32,789 nucleotides of DNA from sequence record SRR31156797_4759; one strand, written 5' to 3'. Made by a program: the position numbers and the translations under genes. A model generated the notes under the pieces. The model did not search any database. It was not told the DNA's origin and worked only from the letters and a program-made list of their open reading frames with translations. Positions 17,800 to 28,675 of the stretch are shown here, one piece after another; position 1 is the stretch's first letter, and each line of letters opens with the position of its first letter.

Positions 17800-20094
17800 A
17801 TGACGACAACAACACACATATTGGGATACCCGCGTATCGGCGAAAAACGAGAACTAAAATTTGCTTTAGAAAAGTACTGGCGTGGTGATATCACTCAGCA
17901 AGAACTGAAAGCGGTGGGTAGTGAGATTCGCCATAATAATTGGGCGTTGCAACAACAAGCGGGGTTAAGCTTTGCGACCGCCGGTGATTTTGCTTGGTAC
18001 GATCACGTGTTAACGACCACCCTGCTTTTAGGGCATGTACCAGCGCGTCACAACCATGGATTCCCGGATTTAGATACGCTTTTTCGAGTTGGCCGTGGTC
18101 AATCTCAAAACTCATGTGGATGCAGCGGCAGCGCAGCGTCAGATATGACCAAATGGTTCAACACCAACTATCACTACATTGTTCCTGAGTTCAGTCCAGA
18201 AGATAAGTTTGAAGTAAGCTGGCCACAACTGTTTGAAGAAGTGAATGAAGCCATTAAGTCAGGGGCTAAAGTAAAGCCTGTGCTGTTAGGCCCTATCAGT
18301 TACCTGTATTTAGGTAAAGAAATCGCAGAGGGCTTTGACCGCTTAAGCCTACTTCCGCGCTTGTTAACAGCTTATCAGAGCATTTTAACTAAGTTGGCAA
18401 AGCAAGGTGTTGAATGGGTACAGATTGACGAACCTATTCTATCTCTGGAGTTGGAAAGTCAGTGGCAGGATGCGTTTAAACTTGCTTATCAAGTATTACA
18501 AGGTGATGTGAAAATTCTTCTTACCACCTATTTTGACTCTGTTGTTGATACCTTAGACAAAATTATTGAACTCCCAGTGAACGGTTTGCATGTGGACTTG
18601 TCAGCGGCTCCTGAACAATTAGATTTAGTGGTAAGTAAGTTACCTCAGGATTGGGTATTGTCTGCCGGTGTTATCAATGGCCGAAATGTATGGCGTGCAG
18701 ATTTAGGCGCGATTCGTAACCAACTTCAACCTGTGAAAGATCAGCTCGGCGACAGATTGTGGGTAGCGTCATCTTGTTCGCTGCTACATAGCCCAGTGGA
18801 TTTGGAGCTAGAAACCGAGCTATCCGCGGAAGTTCGCAGTTGGTTTGCGTTTGCTAAACAAAAGGTAACGGAAGTTGCGATTCTTGGCCGTGCGTTAGAT
18901 GGCGAACAAGAGGCTATTTTGGCATGTGATACTTATAGCCAGCCGATTGTTGATCGCAGTAGTGCTGCACACGTGAATAAGCCACAAGTGAAAGCCCGTT
19001 TGAACACCATCACAGCGTCACTAGCTGAGCGCAGTGAAGCGTATGAGCAGCGTGCACGTAAACAAGCCAATCAATTGGGCTTACCTCTGTTCCCAACCAC
19101 CACGATTGGTTCTTTCCCTCAAACGGGAGAGATTCGTATTCAGCGCAGTGAGTTTAGAAAAGGCACATTGCCAGAAGCGGATTACATTTCTGCGTTAAAA
19201 GGTCATATTGCTGACGCTGTAAAACGTCAGGAAGCGTTAGGTTTGGATGTGTTAGTTCACGGCGAAGCCGAACGCAACGATATGGTGGAGTACTTTGCTG
19301 AGAACTTAGCCGGTTTCCAAACCACCAAGTTTGGTTGGGTTCAAAGTTACGGTTCACGCTGCGTGAAACCTGCGATTGTTGTTGCCGACATTGAACGTGA
19401 AAAGCCCATTACCGTTGAATGGTCTCGCTACGCGCAGTCACTAACTAACAAGAAAATGAAAGGCATGCTGACTGGACCTGTGACGATTTTGTGTTGGACA
19501 TTCCCCCGTGAAGACATTACTCGTAAAGAGATCACTCAGCAGTTAGCACTCGCGTTACGTGATGAAGTGGCGGATTTACAGGAAGCGGGTATCGACATTA
19601 TCCAAATTGACGAGCCAGCCATTCGTGAAGGATTGCCACTGAAAAAACGTGACCAGCAAACGTACTTAGATTGGGCTGTCGAAGCGTTTAAGATCTCAGC
19701 GGCCAGCGCCAAGTCAGCAACGCAAATCCACACTCATATGTGTTATAGCGAGTTCAATGAGATTATCGATTCTGTCGCTGCGCTGGATGCGGATGTGATT
19801 ACTATCGAAACCTCGCGTTCGAATATGGAACTACTGAAAGCGTTTGAAGATTTTAACTATCCAAACGAAATTGGCCCGGGAGTTTATGATATCCACTCGC
19901 CAAATATTCCAACTCAGCAATGGATCGAAGGTTTATTGCGTAAAGCGGCAGAAAAAATTCCAGCAGAGCGTCTGTGGGTTAACCCAGATTGTGGCTTGAA
20001 GACTCGGAACTGGAAGGAAGTTGAAGCATCACTGATTAACATGGTGTTAGCAGCGAAAACGCTGCGTGAAGAAGTAACCAGTAACGCCGCATAA
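17800..20094 (+). CDS. metE: Cobalamin-independent methionine synthase
   Basis: [55 protein letters not shown]. Confidence 0.98.
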   Translation: MTTTTHILGYPRIGEKRELKFALEKYWRGDITQQELKAVGSEIRHNNWALQQQAGLSFATAGDFAWYDHVLTTTLLLGHVPARHNHGFPDLDTLFRVGRGQSQNSCGCSGSAASDMTKWFNTNYHYIVPEFSPEDKFEVSWPQLFEEVNEAIKSGAKVKPVLLGPISYLYLGKEIAEGFDRLSLLPRLLTAYQSILTKLAKQGVEWVQIDEPILSLELESQWQDAFKLAYQVLQGDVKILLTTYFDSVVDTLDKIIELPVNGLHVDLSAAPEQLDLVVSKLPQDWVLSAGVINGRNVWRADLGAIRNQLQPVKDQLGDRLWVASSCSLLHSPVDLELETELSAEVRSWFAFAKQKVTEVAILGRALDGEQEAILACDTYSQPIVDRSSAAHVNKPQVKARLNTITASLAERSEAYEQRARKQANQLGLPLFPTTTIGSFPQTGEIRIQRSEFRKGTLPEADYISALKGHIADAVKRQEALGLDVLVHGEAERNDMVEYFAENLAGFQTTKFGWVQSYGSRCVKPAIVVADIEREKPITVEWSRYAQSLTNKKMKGMLTGPVTILCWTFPREDITRKEITQQLALALRDEVADLQEAGIDIIQIDEPAIREGLPLKKRDQQTYLDWAVEAFKISAASAKSATQIHTHMCYSEFNEIIDSVAALDADVITIETSRSNMELLKAFEDFNYPNEIGPGVYDIHSPNIPTQQWIEGLLRKAAEKIPAERLWVNPDCGLKTRNWKEVEASLINMVLAAKTLREEVTSNAA

Positions 20095-20103
20095 TTTCAT
20101 ACT

Positions 20104-20131
20104 AAAAAGGACCTGATTCAGGTCCTTTTTT
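20104..20131. terminator. Bidirectional terminator (metE / pilotin)
   Basis: AAAAAGGACCTG-att-CAGGTCCTTTTTT. Confidence 0.9.
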
Positions 20132-20145
20132 CATTGAGATTAACG

Positions 20146-20541
20146 TTATTTTGACTCACAGGTTTCTTGAGTAATTAACTCATCCACCATTAACTGACCA
20201 CGAGAGTTTCGCATTTTAATTCGATAGCTTAAGCCGACATCGAGGTTAGTGCGGATATTTTTGTTAGCACAAAACGTTTTAATGCTTGTGGCCAATACCT
20301 GATCGATCGGTTTCGCGCTTTTTTCATCGGCGTTGTAGACCATCATCATTTCAATCGTTGAGCCTTGAGAGGTCGCTCTCATGATGTTCAATGGGCCATA
20401 TTCTAATGGCAACTCAGAGTTTAGTAAGCTGGCTCTGTTGTCTGCCAATAGTTCCAGTTTTTTTTCATGATCGGCATTAGAGCTACAGCCTGATAACAAG
20501 GCCATGGTGATAGCAATAAGGCCAACGAGTGTTTTTTTCAT
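20146..20541 (-). CDS. aspS: Type II secretion pilotin lipoprotein (GspS-beta/AspS family)
   Basis: Lipobox LSGC, LP...GPL.I.RA, two further Cys, GLSYRI; located next to metE. Confidence 0.75.
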   Translation of the reverse strand: MKKTLVGLIAITMALLSGCSSNADHEKKLELLADNRASLLNSELPLEYGPLNIMRATSQGSTIEMMMVYNADEKSAKPIDQVLATSIKTFCANKNIRTNLDVGLSYRIKMRNSRGQLMVDELITQETCESK

Positions 20542-20543
20542 AT

Positions 20544-20846
20544 TTAGAATACTTTTTTAAAAGGCTTAACAATAACATTTGCGTAAACACCTGCTGCGAC
20601 ATAAGGGTCAGCGTCCGCCCAAGCCTTCGCAGCTTCTAATGAATCAAATTCAGCAATGACAGTTGAGCCAGTGAAGCCAGCTTCACCAGGGTTGTCAGAA
20701 TCAATAGCAGGCATAGGACCGGCAGTTAATAATCGACCTTCATCTTGCAGAGTTTGTAAACGCTCTAAGTGAGCAGGACGCGCACCCATACGTTTTTCAA
20801 GTGAGTTCTCAACATCTTGAGAAAAGATGACATATAACATACTCAT
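20544..20846 (-). CDS. yciI: YciI family protein
   Basis: [27 protein letters not shown]. Confidence 0.93.
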   Translation of the reverse strand: MSMLYVIFSQDVENSLEKRMGARPAHLERLQTLQDEGRLLTAGPMPAIDSDNPGEAGFTGSTVIAEFDSLEAAKAWADADPYVAAGVYANVIVKPFKKVF

Positions 20847-20935
20847 ATCCTTATTGAATTCAGACTTTAAACATCACAGTCCCTAATGTACTGAAACTCA
20901 GTAATTTTTAAAGTCCATTCGTGATTTTTCTGTGA

Positions 20936-21337
20936 TCAATTGCCAGTGTTTATCGCGCGAGGACGCCCGTCGGAGTCAATAGCAACATAGTTAAACGTTG
21001 CTTCACAGACTTGGAAACGATCGCCAATGCCATCCACCTTGATGGGTTTAACCCATACTTCTAGATTAATTGACATAGAGGTTCGGCCAATCTTGGTACA
21101 TTCGCCATAGCAACATACCACATCACCCACTTTGACCGGTTTTTTAAAAGCGATACTCGAAACAGAAACGGTAACGATACGACCAGACGAAATCTCTTTT
21201 GCTAGAATACCGCCAGCCAAATCCAACTGAGACATGATCCAGCCACCAAATATATCACCGTTTGCGTTGGTATCCGCGGGCATTGCCAGCGTTCGTAATA
21301 ATAACTGACCTTTAGGGGAACTTACTTCCTGACTCAT
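20936..21337 (-). CDS. yciA: Acyl-CoA thioester hydrolase YciA
   Basis: LRTLAMPADTNANGDIFGGWIMSQ; likely start ATG 21337. Confidence 0.94.
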   Translation of the reverse strand: MSQEVSSPKGQLLLRTLAMPADTNANGDIFGGWIMSQLDLAGGILAKEISSGRIVTVSVSSIAFKKPVKVGDVVCCYGECTKIGRTSMSINLEVWVKPIKVDGIGDRFQVCEATFNYVAIDSDGRPRAINTGN

Positions 21338-21351
21338 CTCAACATCCGTAA

Positions 21352-21382
21352 TAAACAAAACAGCGACTAAATATAGTCGCTG
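21352..21382 (-). terminator. Terminator-like hairpin downstream of yciB
   Basis: Minus strand CAGCGACTA-tatt-TAGTCGCTG-TTTTGTTT. Confidence 0.7.
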
Positions 21383-21463
21383 CTAAAAAGAAGTGAGTAT
21401 ATCAGTAAACTTTCTTGAATTTGATACCCTTACAGGCTGAAAGTTTAAAGGTTCTACCAGTGA

Positions 21464-22009
21464 TTATTGATTCGAATCTTTTTGCTCTTTTGGCAGATGC
21501 TTATAGATATAAACACCGGTCACAATCGTGTAAGCAAATGTCGCTATCAGCAGGCCAAACACTTTAAAGTTGACCCACACATCAAGTGGCATTCGGTAAG
21601 CAATGTAGATGTTCAATGCCGCACAAACGGCAAAAAACAGAACCCATGCCCAGTTTACTTTTGCCCAAACATTGTCTGGCAAGGTGATCTCTTTACCCAG
21701 CATGCTTTTAATTGCCGATTTGCCAATTAAATGACTGATGGCCAGACCAAGAGCAAATGCCGTGTATACGATGGTCACTTTCCATTTAATGAAGTTGTCG
21801 TCGTGAAGGAAGATAGTCATACCGCCAAAAACAGTGACCACTGCGAAAGTGATGAGCTGCATCTTCTCGACTTTCTTATAAACAAAGTAAGTCACCGCCA
21901 CTTGCACTGCGGTTGCCGCGATCAGTGCGCCGGTTGCGACATAAATATCGTACAACTTGAATAGGGCGAAGAAGATAATAAGAGGTATAAAATCAAGCAG
22001 TTGTTTCAT
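21464..22009 (-). CDS. yciB: Inner membrane septation protein A (YciB/IspZ)
   Basis: [29 protein letters not shown]. Confidence 0.94.
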   Translation of the reverse strand: MKQLLDFIPLIIFFALFKLYDIYVATGALIAATAVQVAVTYFVYKKVEKMQLITFAVVTVFGGMTIFLHDDNFIKWKVTIVYTAFALGLAISHLIGKSAIKSMLGKEITLPDNVWAKVNWAWVLFFAVCAALNIYIAYRMPLDVWVNFKVFGLLIATFAYTIVTGVYIYKHLPKEQKDSNQ

Positions 22010-22127
22010 TATTAAGGTACATCCAATCTTTCAGTGACTAGGTCATCAGGGCCTACAGTCTACTCAATTTGAGCATGCAGCAAAATAGCCATAGACAATT
22101 AGAAACAAATTAACCTGTTTCAAATAA

Positions 22128-22346
22128 TTATTTAACAGCAGTCCCAGACAGATAACCTTCGTTCTTTAAGTGTTCCAGCGTGTACTCGAGTTCTTGATTC
22201 GACATCATAAAGCAGTCTGATTTGCCGGTCATACTGGTCAGAATTTGGTGGTATTCTTGTTCAGAGTAATGACCTAAGCGTTCAACTACTAACTCTTTAA
22301 TTCCGTCTTCGATTAAGCCGTAATAGGCGTGACGATTAATATCCAT
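22128..22346 (-). CDS. Small protein resembling the N-terminal domain of phage Mu GemA/Gp16 (DUF1018)
   Basis: Strong RBS GAGGAG; Y..IL...TGK..C..MS..ELE..LEHLK.EGY pattern. Confidence 0.7.
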   Translation of the reverse strand: MDINRHAYYGLIEDGIKELVVERLGHYSEQEYHQILTSMTGKSDCFMMSNQELEYTLEHLKNEGYLSGTAVK

Positions 22347-22462
22347 AAAACACTCCTCGTTCTAACCTCAAGTGACTGTTGCCGAAAACAGATTCTTCGC
22401 CGCTAGGTCATCTCGATCTCTTTGGTCAAATTATTGCCGTTTTATTTTCATCCTAGTTAAGA

Positions 22463-22479
22463 AGCAAGTCGGGTGCCAA
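22463..22479 (-). promoter_or_regulatory. Sigma-54 (-24/-12) promoter
   Basis: Minus strand TTGGCAC-CCGAC-TTGCT matches the consensus TGGCAC-N5-TTGCW; intergenic, just downstream of a terminator. Confidence 0.8.
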
Positions 22480-22492
22480 TAAAATTAGATAT

Positions 22493-22520
22493 AAAAAAAC
22501 CGCCCAGTTGGGCGGTTTTT
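22493..22520 (-). terminator. Terminator of the DAACS transporter gene
   Basis: aaaaaaaCCGCCCA-gt-TGGGCGGttttt. Confidence 0.9.
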
Positions 22521-22535
22521 AATAACGATAAGCAA

Positions 22536-23789
22536 TTAAGCTTGTTGGTCTTGATAAACAGCTTCTTCTTCTGAATCTTCAACCAAAGAGTCAACGATAA
22601 CCGCACACGCTGCATCACCTGTGATGTTTAGCGCGGTACGAATCATATCGAAGATACGGTCCAGAGCGAACAGTAGTGGCAGACCTTCAATTGGAATGCC
22701 CGCCGCTAGCAGTACAGCAACGACTAGGAAAGAAGGACCAGGAACACCTGCTTGACCTACCGCGCCTAGGGTCGAAGTGACGATGATCGCAATGTATGCG
22801 CCCATTGATAGATCGATGTTGAACAGTTGAGCGAAGAAGATAGCAACCAAACCGTAGTAGATCGCGTTACCAGACATGTTAATCGTTGCACCAAGTGGCA
22901 GAACGAATGACGCTGTAGAGTTACGTACACCCAGCTCTTTTTCACACGTATCCATAGTGACTGGTAGTGTTGCCATAGAAGAAGCGGTAGATAATGCAAC
23001 TGCCTGTGGCTTCTTCATTGCACTTAAGAATTTCTTCGCAGATGTCTTAGTGAATACGTGGATCATTGCTGGGTAAACAATGAAGCCGAAAATCAGGATG
23101 GCAGCGGTGTAAACAACGAACAGTTTGAATACGACCATTAGCGCACCGAAACCAAAGGTACCAACAGCTTCAGCCATCAGACCGAATACGCCGATTGGAG
23201 CAATGATCATGACTTTGTTGATCATCCAAACCATAGCATCAACGATAGTGTTTACACCATTGATTACCGGCTCGCGCTTTTCCTTACTTTGTTTAGAAAT
23301 CGCAATACCAAAGAACAGGCAGAAAACCAGAATTTGTAGGATATTTGCTTCATTCAGAGATTGGAAAACGTTGGTTGGGATCATGCCAGTGATGGTTGCC
23401 CAGAATGTTGGAAGCTCGCCTTTTGATGCGTATTCAGCAGAGAACATACCTTCAACGCCTGAGACGTCGATACCCATACCTGGTTGGAATATCTCACCCA
23501 TAACAAGTGCAAGTGCAACAGCAAGTGCTGAAGTGAAAGCAAAGTAGCCTAATGTTACCAAGCCAACTTTACCTGCAGATTGGCTATCACCAAGGCCTGC
23601 TGCGCCAGAAATAAGAGCAACAGCAACTAGCGGGATCACCAACATTTTAATTAGGTTTATGAAAATGGCACCAAGCGGTGAGAACACCGTTGCGTCATGT
23701 CCCATGATGGCACCAATGGCGGTACCCAGAATCATGGCGATCACAACTTGAACGCCAATGTTTTTTAATAAACTCTTTTCTTTTAACAC
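22536..23789 (-). CDS. Dicarboxylate/amino acid:cation symporter (DAACS, GltP-like)
   Basis: FINLIKMLVIPL, STASSMATLP, LPLGATINM.G, AGVPG, DMIRTALN..GD; probable GTG start at 23789 after GAGG (ORF track extends to 23873). Confidence 0.92.
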   Translation of the reverse strand: MLKEKSLLKNIGVQVVIAMILGTAIGAIMGHDATVFSPLGAIFINLIKMLVIPLVAVALISGAAGLGDSQSAGKVGLVTLGYFAFTSALAVALALVMGEIFQPGMGIDVSGVEGMFSAEYASKGELPTFWATITGMIPTNVFQSLNEANILQILVFCLFFGIAISKQSKEKREPVINGVNTIVDAMVWMINKVMIIAPIGVFGLMAEAVGTFGFGALMVVFKLFVVYTAAILIFGFIVYPAMIHVFTKTSAKKFLSAMKKPQAVALSTASSMATLPVTMDTCEKELGVRNSTASFVLPLGATINMSGNAIYYGLVAIFFAQLFNIDLSMGAYIAIIVTSTLGAVGQAGVPGPSFLVVAVLLAAGIPIEGLPLLFALDRIFDMIRTALNITGDAACAVIVDSLVEDSEEEAVYQDQQA

Positions 23790-23971
23790 TTCCGTAACCT
23801 CTGTGCTAATAAATTGCAAAATCCTAGTCATAACCACTAAAACACAAAGGATTAATGGCAATAAATATCGCATAGTTTTTTACACGTATATGACGGAATT
23901 ATCAATATGTGTTTAGAAGTAATTTCATAAAAAATCGCTATTTTGTTGATAAAAACACAGTTTTTATTGTT

Positions 23972-23987
23972 AGGAAAACGTTTGCTT
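23972..23987. promoter_or_regulatory. PurR box
   Basis: AGGAAAACGTTTGCTT vs consensus ANGAAAACGTTTGCGT (one mismatch), upstream of the DAACS gene. Confidence 0.7.
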
Positions 23988-24055
23988 TTTTGGTGGCTGG
24001 TTGAGTTGCTGATTTTTTACAAAGAAAGTGGAGGGCTGTTGGCGCTAGAATTGTG

Positions 24056-24098
24056 AAAAAATGATCGATCTTTCCTTTTTGAAAGGAGATCGATCATT
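24056..24098 (-). terminator. trp operon terminator
   Basis: Minus strand AATGATCGATCT-CCTTT-caa-AAAGG-aa-AGATCGATCATT-TTTT. Confidence 0.8.
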
Positions 24099-24112
24099 CA
24101 TACAGTGAGTCG

Positions 24113-24919
24113 TTATTTTATCGTTGCCTTTTTCATTGGCGTGATGAAGTCTGCCAACGATTGCAATAATAGCTCTGGGTCATTTTGATGAGTCTCAATG
24201 ATTTTAACCACCGCAGATCCTGAAATCGCGCCAGCTGCCCCAGCAGTAATGGCTTGTTTTACTTGCTCTGGTTGTGAAATACCAAAACCAAGCAACGCTG
24301 GTGGGGCATCAAACTGATTTAAACGCTCTAGTAATTCATGAACAGGCATATTGGCTTTGGTTTCCGTACCAGTCACCCCTGCACGTGAAAGCAGGTATGT
24401 GTAGCCTTTACTTAATGAACCTACCGTTTTTAGTGTTTCATCGCTTGCTGTCGGTGGAGCAATAAAAATAGGTTTAATACCGTATTTTTCTGCCGCCGCG
24501 ACAAAGTCTGCACTTTCAGTGGTTGGTACGTCAGCAACGAGAACCGAATCAACCCCAGCTTGCTGGCAGCGTTGATAGAAGTTTTCAACACCGCGTGAGT
24601 AAACTAGGTTCGCATACATCAATAGACCAATCGGTAGATCTGGATTTTTTTCTCGGATTTGGCTAATTAGGTCAAAACAGATATCTGGCGTTGTGCCTGC
24701 TTGCAGAGCGCGATTATTCGCACCTTGAATGGTTGGGCCATCGGCAAGTGGATCTGAAAACGGGAACCCTAGTTCAAGTGCATCTGCGCCAGCCTCGATC
24801 AGAGTCTGCATGATTTGCAGTGAAAGCTCTGGTGATGGATCACCAATGGTCACAAACGGTACAAATGCGCCTTCGTTTTTGTCAGCTAAGCGCTGGAACA
24901 GAGATTGATAACGGTCCAT
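24113..24919 (-). CDS. trpA: Tryptophan synthase alpha
   Basis: [34 protein letters not shown]. Confidence 0.98.
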   Translation of the reverse strand: MDRYQSLFQRLADKNEGAFVPFVTIGDPSPELSLQIMQTLIEAGADALELGFPFSDPLADGPTIQGANNRALQAGTTPDICFDLISQIREKNPDLPIGLLMYANLVYSRGVENFYQRCQQAGVDSVLVADVPTTESADFVAAAEKYGIKPIFIAPPTASDETLKTVGSLSKGYTYLLSRAGVTGTETKANMPVHELLERLNQFDAPPALLGFGISQPEQVKQAITAGAAGAISGSAVVKIIETHQNDPELLLQSLADFITPMKKATIK

Positions 24920-26109
24920 TACAGCACTCCTTTCTCTTGAAGAATTTTATCAACGGTGAAGATATCTTTATCGCCACGCCCAGACAGGTTAACAACCAGT
25001 AGCTGCTCTTTCTCTGGATCGGCGAACGCCATTTTTACGGCATGTGCTAAAGCGTGAGAAGATTCCAGAGCTGGAATGATGCCTTCTTTACGTGCTAGTA
25101 GCTGGAATGCGTCTAGTGCTTCGTCGTCAGTAACACTGTCGTATTCAGCGCGACCGATAGAGTTTAGGTGCGCGTGCTGCGGGCCAACCGATGGGAAGTC
25201 CAAACCTGCTGAGATAGAGTAAGACTCCTCAACCTGACCGTATTCATCCTGCATAAGCGGCGCTTTCATACCAAGGTAAATACCTGTTTTTCCGTGTTTA
25301 AGTGGTGCGCCGTGCTGGTCGGTATCAATCCCTTTACCCGCTGGTTCTACACCAATCAGGCGTACAGATTCTTCTTCGATGAAATCAGCAAACATACCAA
25401 TCGCGTTTGAACCGCCACCCACACAGGCAATGATTGCGTCTGGCAGGCGACCTTCACGCGCTAAAATTTGGTTTTTGGTTTCTTCGCCAATAATATGCTG
25501 GAATTCACGAACAATCGTCGGGAATGGGTGAGGGCCCGCTGCCGTACCTAATAGGTAGTGCGTCGTCTCATACGTAGCAGACCAGTCACGCATCGCTTCG
25601 TTACACGCATCTTTAAGCGTTGCTGAGCCAGAATGAACTGGAATCACTTCTGCACCCATTAAGCGCATACGGAATACGTTGGGGCTTTGGCGCTCAACGT
25701 CTTTAGCGCCCATGTACACACGGCATTTCAGATCAAGCAGAGCACAAGCTAACGCTGTTGCAACACCATGTTGACCCGCGCCAGTTTCGGCAATAATTTC
25801 GGTTTTACCCATACGTTTTGCCAGCAGTGCCTGACCTAACACTTGGTTCGTTTTGTGCGCGCCACCGTGGAGTAGATCTTCACGTTTTAGGTACAGTTTG
25901 GTTTTGGTACCTTTAGTGATGTTGCGAGTCAGCGTCAGCGCCGTGGGGCGACCCGCATACTCTTGCAGTAAGCCCATAAATTCTGAACGAAACTCGGGAT
26001 CTTCCTGAGCATCGATAAAGGCTTGTTCTAGCTGGTCCAGTGCCGGAACCAGAATCTGTGGTACGAACTGACCGCCGTACTCACCAAAATAGGCGTTAAG
26101 TTTTGCCAT
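24919..26109 (-). CDS. trpB: Tryptophan synthase beta
   Basis: [33 protein letters not shown]. Confidence 0.98.
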   Translation of the reverse strand: MAKLNAYFGEYGGQFVPQILVPALDQLEQAFIDAQEDPEFRSEFMGLLQEYAGRPTALTLTRNITKGTKTKLYLKREDLLHGGAHKTNQVLGQALLAKRMGKTEIIAETGAGQHGVATALACALLDLKCRVYMGAKDVERQSPNVFRMRLMGAEVIPVHSGSATLKDACNEAMRDWSATYETTHYLLGTAAGPHPFPTIVREFQHIIGEETKNQILAREGRLPDAIIACVGGGSNAIGMFADFIEEESVRLIGVEPAGKGIDTDQHGAPLKHGKTGIYLGMKAPLMQDEYGQVEESYSISAGLDFPSVGPQHAHLNSIGRAEYDSVTDDEALDAFQLLARKEGIIPALESSHALAHAVKMAFADPEKEQLLVVNLSGRGDKDIFTVDKILQEKGVL

Positions 26110-26177
26110 GATATTCCTTCCTTATCGTTCCCGATTTTTCCTGAGAAGTTTCGGAAACATTTAAAATTCTCAGTTAT

Positions 26178-27620
26178 TTAATAGTCTCGAATTGCTTTAA
26201 ATGCTTGCTGCAATTTGGCTGCATCTTTTTTGCCCGGTTCACTTTCAACACCAGAATTAAGATCCAGACCCATGCAGCCAATTTTTGCTGCTTGTTGAGC
26301 GTTGTCAGGTGAAAGCCCACCCGCCAGCATGAGATTCTGATTGGTCGCATCGTCGAGTAGTTGCCAATCAAATGAAGTACCTGTACCGCCGCTTTGCGAG
26401 CCCACTTTGGCATCTAACAGATGACGGTCAACGCTGTTCTCAATGTATGTGGGTAGTGAATCGGTCACGCCATAGGCTTTCCAGATTTCAACCGTTTCTG
26501 GCAGCTCTGCTTTTAACTCGTCGATAAAAGCTTGGTCTTCATCGCCATGAAGCTGAACAGCGTATAAGCCCAGATCTTTGGCGGTGTCGGCAACTTCGGT
26601 AACCGTATGGTTTTGGAACACGCCGACGTATTTCAATGGTGCTCCCGTCATCGTTAAACGCGCTGCTTCAATATCTACATAACGTTTAGACTTAGACACA
26701 AAAATCAGACCACCGAAAACTGCACCAGCCTGATACGCTTTTACTGCGTCATCCGGATGAGTTAAACCGCAAACCTTATTTTCACCCAGTACCACTTTGC
26801 GTACCGCCAGTTCGAGGTTTTCCTCTGCCATCAAAGCACTACCAATCAGAAACCCTCTGGCGAAAGGTGCTAAATCTCGTACTTGCTGATGGGTATAAAT
26901 ACCGGATTCAGAAATAACGGTGGTGCCTTTTGGCAGCTTCGGAGCAAGTTCTTTGGTTCGGTTTAAGTCAGTCGATAAGTCGCGTAAGTTGCGGTTATTA
27001 ATACCAATCACTTTCGCTTTTAATGCGACCGCTCTTTGCAACTCTTCTTCATTGCTGGTTTCAGTGAGGATACCCATGCCTAATTGATGAGCCACTTCTG
27101 CTAACGCTTTGTACTCATCATCAGTGAGCACTGACAGCATAAGAAGGATGGCATCGGCACCGTAGTGACGAGCGAGGTAAACCTGATAAGTGCTGATCAT
27201 GAAATCTTTACACAATACAGGTTGGGTGACTTGTGAGCGCACTCGTGAGACGAATTCAAAGTCACCCTGAAAGTATTTCTCATCGGTCAGGACTGAAATT
27301 GCATTGGCGTATTGGTTGTAAACAGAGGCGATGTAATCCAAATCAAAGTGTTCGCGAATCAAACCTTTGGATGGTGACGCTTTTTTACATTCGAGTATAA
27401 AGGCCGTTTTACCTGTATTTAGTGCCTGATAAAAATCTCGGTCAGAAGGCGTCAAAAGGTTCTTAAAACTTTCTACGGGTTGTGATTGTTGGCGTTCTTC
27501 AACCCATACCGCTTTATCTTTGACTATTTTTGCCAGTACTTCTGCCATCTGCGTATTCTTTACCGAAATATGCTCAGACAGCTTTTCTGTTTGGTCTTCT
27601 GATACCATTTCTTGTGACAT
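26178..27620 (-). CDS. trpCF: Bifunctional IGP synthase / PRA isomerase
   Basis: ECKKASPSKG, GINNRNL, NKVCGLT, VQLHG.E, LAGGL. Confidence 0.97.
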   Translation of the reverse strand: MSQEMVSEDQTEKLSEHISVKNTQMAEVLAKIVKDKAVWVEERQQSQPVESFKNLLTPSDRDFYQALNTGKTAFILECKKASPSKGLIREHFDLDYIASVYNQYANAISVLTDEKYFQGDFEFVSRVRSQVTQPVLCKDFMISTYQVYLARHYGADAILLMLSVLTDDEYKALAEVAHQLGMGILTETSNEEELQRAVALKAKVIGINNRNLRDLSTDLNRTKELAPKLPKGTTVISESGIYTHQQVRDLAPFARGFLIGSALMAEENLELAVRKVVLGENKVCGLTHPDDAVKAYQAGAVFGGLIFVSKSKRYVDIEAARLTMTGAPLKYVGVFQNHTVTEVADTAKDLGLYAVQLHGDEDQAFIDELKAELPETVEIWKAYGVTDSLPTYIENSVDRHLLDAKVGSQSGGTGTSFDWQLLDDATNQNLMLAGGLSPDNAQQAAKIGCMGLDLNSGVESEPGKKDAAKLQQAFKAIRDY

Positions 27621-27627
27621 TTCGACC

Positions 27628-28632
27628 TTAACCTCGCTGCGCTAATTGCTGAACTAACTCGAAAGCTTTTCCTGAGTTCATGGCTTCAATGGCTTGGGCT
27701 GCATTTGCTTTAAGGTCTTCACGGCCGAATAAACGTAGCAGTAGGCCAACGTTTACAGCGACAGCTGCGATTTGTGCAGGCGTTCCTTTGCCAGTGAGGA
27801 TATCAGTGATGATAGCGCGGTTTTCATCAGGCTCACCGCCCTTGATTGCTTCAAGCGGGTAGGTCTCTAAACCGAAATCTTGTGGAGTCAGTGTGTACTC
27901 GACAATTTTACCGTCTTTGATTTCAGCAACATGGGTTTCGCCATGAACAGCAACTTCATCTAATCCAGAGCCATGAACAACAGCGGCTCTTTTGAGACCC
28001 ATTTGTAACATGGTTTCAGCGATAGGACGAACCAAATCTAAGCTATAGACACCCATTAATTCGATATTTGGTCGTGCCGGGTTAATCAGCGGGCCAAGGA
28101 TATTGAAAATAGTGCGGGTTTTCATGGTTTGGCGAACGGGCATCGCATGGCGCACACCACCGTGGTATTGAGGAGCAAACAGGAAGGCAACGCCTAAATC
28201 ATCCAAGGCTTTACGCGTATTATCCGCGCTCATCGCCAGATCGATGCCGAAAGAATCCAAAAGGTCAGAAGAGCCTGATTTGCTTGAGACACCACGGTTA
28301 CCGTGTTTGGCAACTTTCACGCCACAAGCAGCAGCAACAAAGGCTGAGGTGGTAGAAATGTTGATCGTGTTTGAACCGTCACCGCCAGTACCAACAATAT
28401 CGGCAAAATCATAATCCGGGCGAGGGAAAGGGTTAGCATTCGCCAGTAACGCCTTTGCTGCGCCAGCAATTTCATCCGGTGTTTCACCTTTGACTTTTAG
28501 TGCAGTCAGCACTGCTGACATCAAAATTGGGTCCATTTCGCCACGAATAATATGGTCAAACAGTTCCTGACTTTCACTTTGCGTGAGTGCTTGTTGTTCG
28601 TAAAGTTTATTGATGATGTTTTGCATATTCAT
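27628..28632 (-). CDS. trpD: Anthranilate phosphoribosyltransferase
   Basis: DIVGTGGDG.NTINIST, KHGNRGVSSKSGSSD; start 28632 or 28626. Confidence 0.97.
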   Translation of the reverse strand: MNMQNIINKLYEQQALTQSESQELFDHIIRGEMDPILMSAVLTALKVKGETPDEIAGAAKALLANANPFPRPDYDFADIVGTGGDGSNTINISTTSAFVAAACGVKVAKHGNRGVSSKSGSSDLLDSFGIDLAMSADNTRKALDDLGVAFLFAPQYHGGVRHAMPVRQTMKTRTIFNILGPLINPARPNIELMGVYSLDLVRPIAETMLQMGLKRAAVVHGSGLDEVAVHGETHVAEIKDGKIVEYTLTPQDFGLETYPLEAIKGGEPDENRAIITDILTGKGTPAQIAAVAVNVGLLLRLFGREDLKANAAQAIEAMNSGKAFELVQQLAQRG

Positions 28633-28675
28633 TATTCCTTATCCGTATTCACTGTTATTGGGGCTGGGTGATGAC

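Noticed and set aside
22038-22412. 10-bp direct repeat CTAGGTCATC at 22038 and 22403 flanking the GemA-like ORF, as a target duplication or Qrr-like seed
   Set aside because: Short enough to arise by chance; it excludes the promoter, and the Qrr core GGGTCACCTAGCCAACTGACG is not present.
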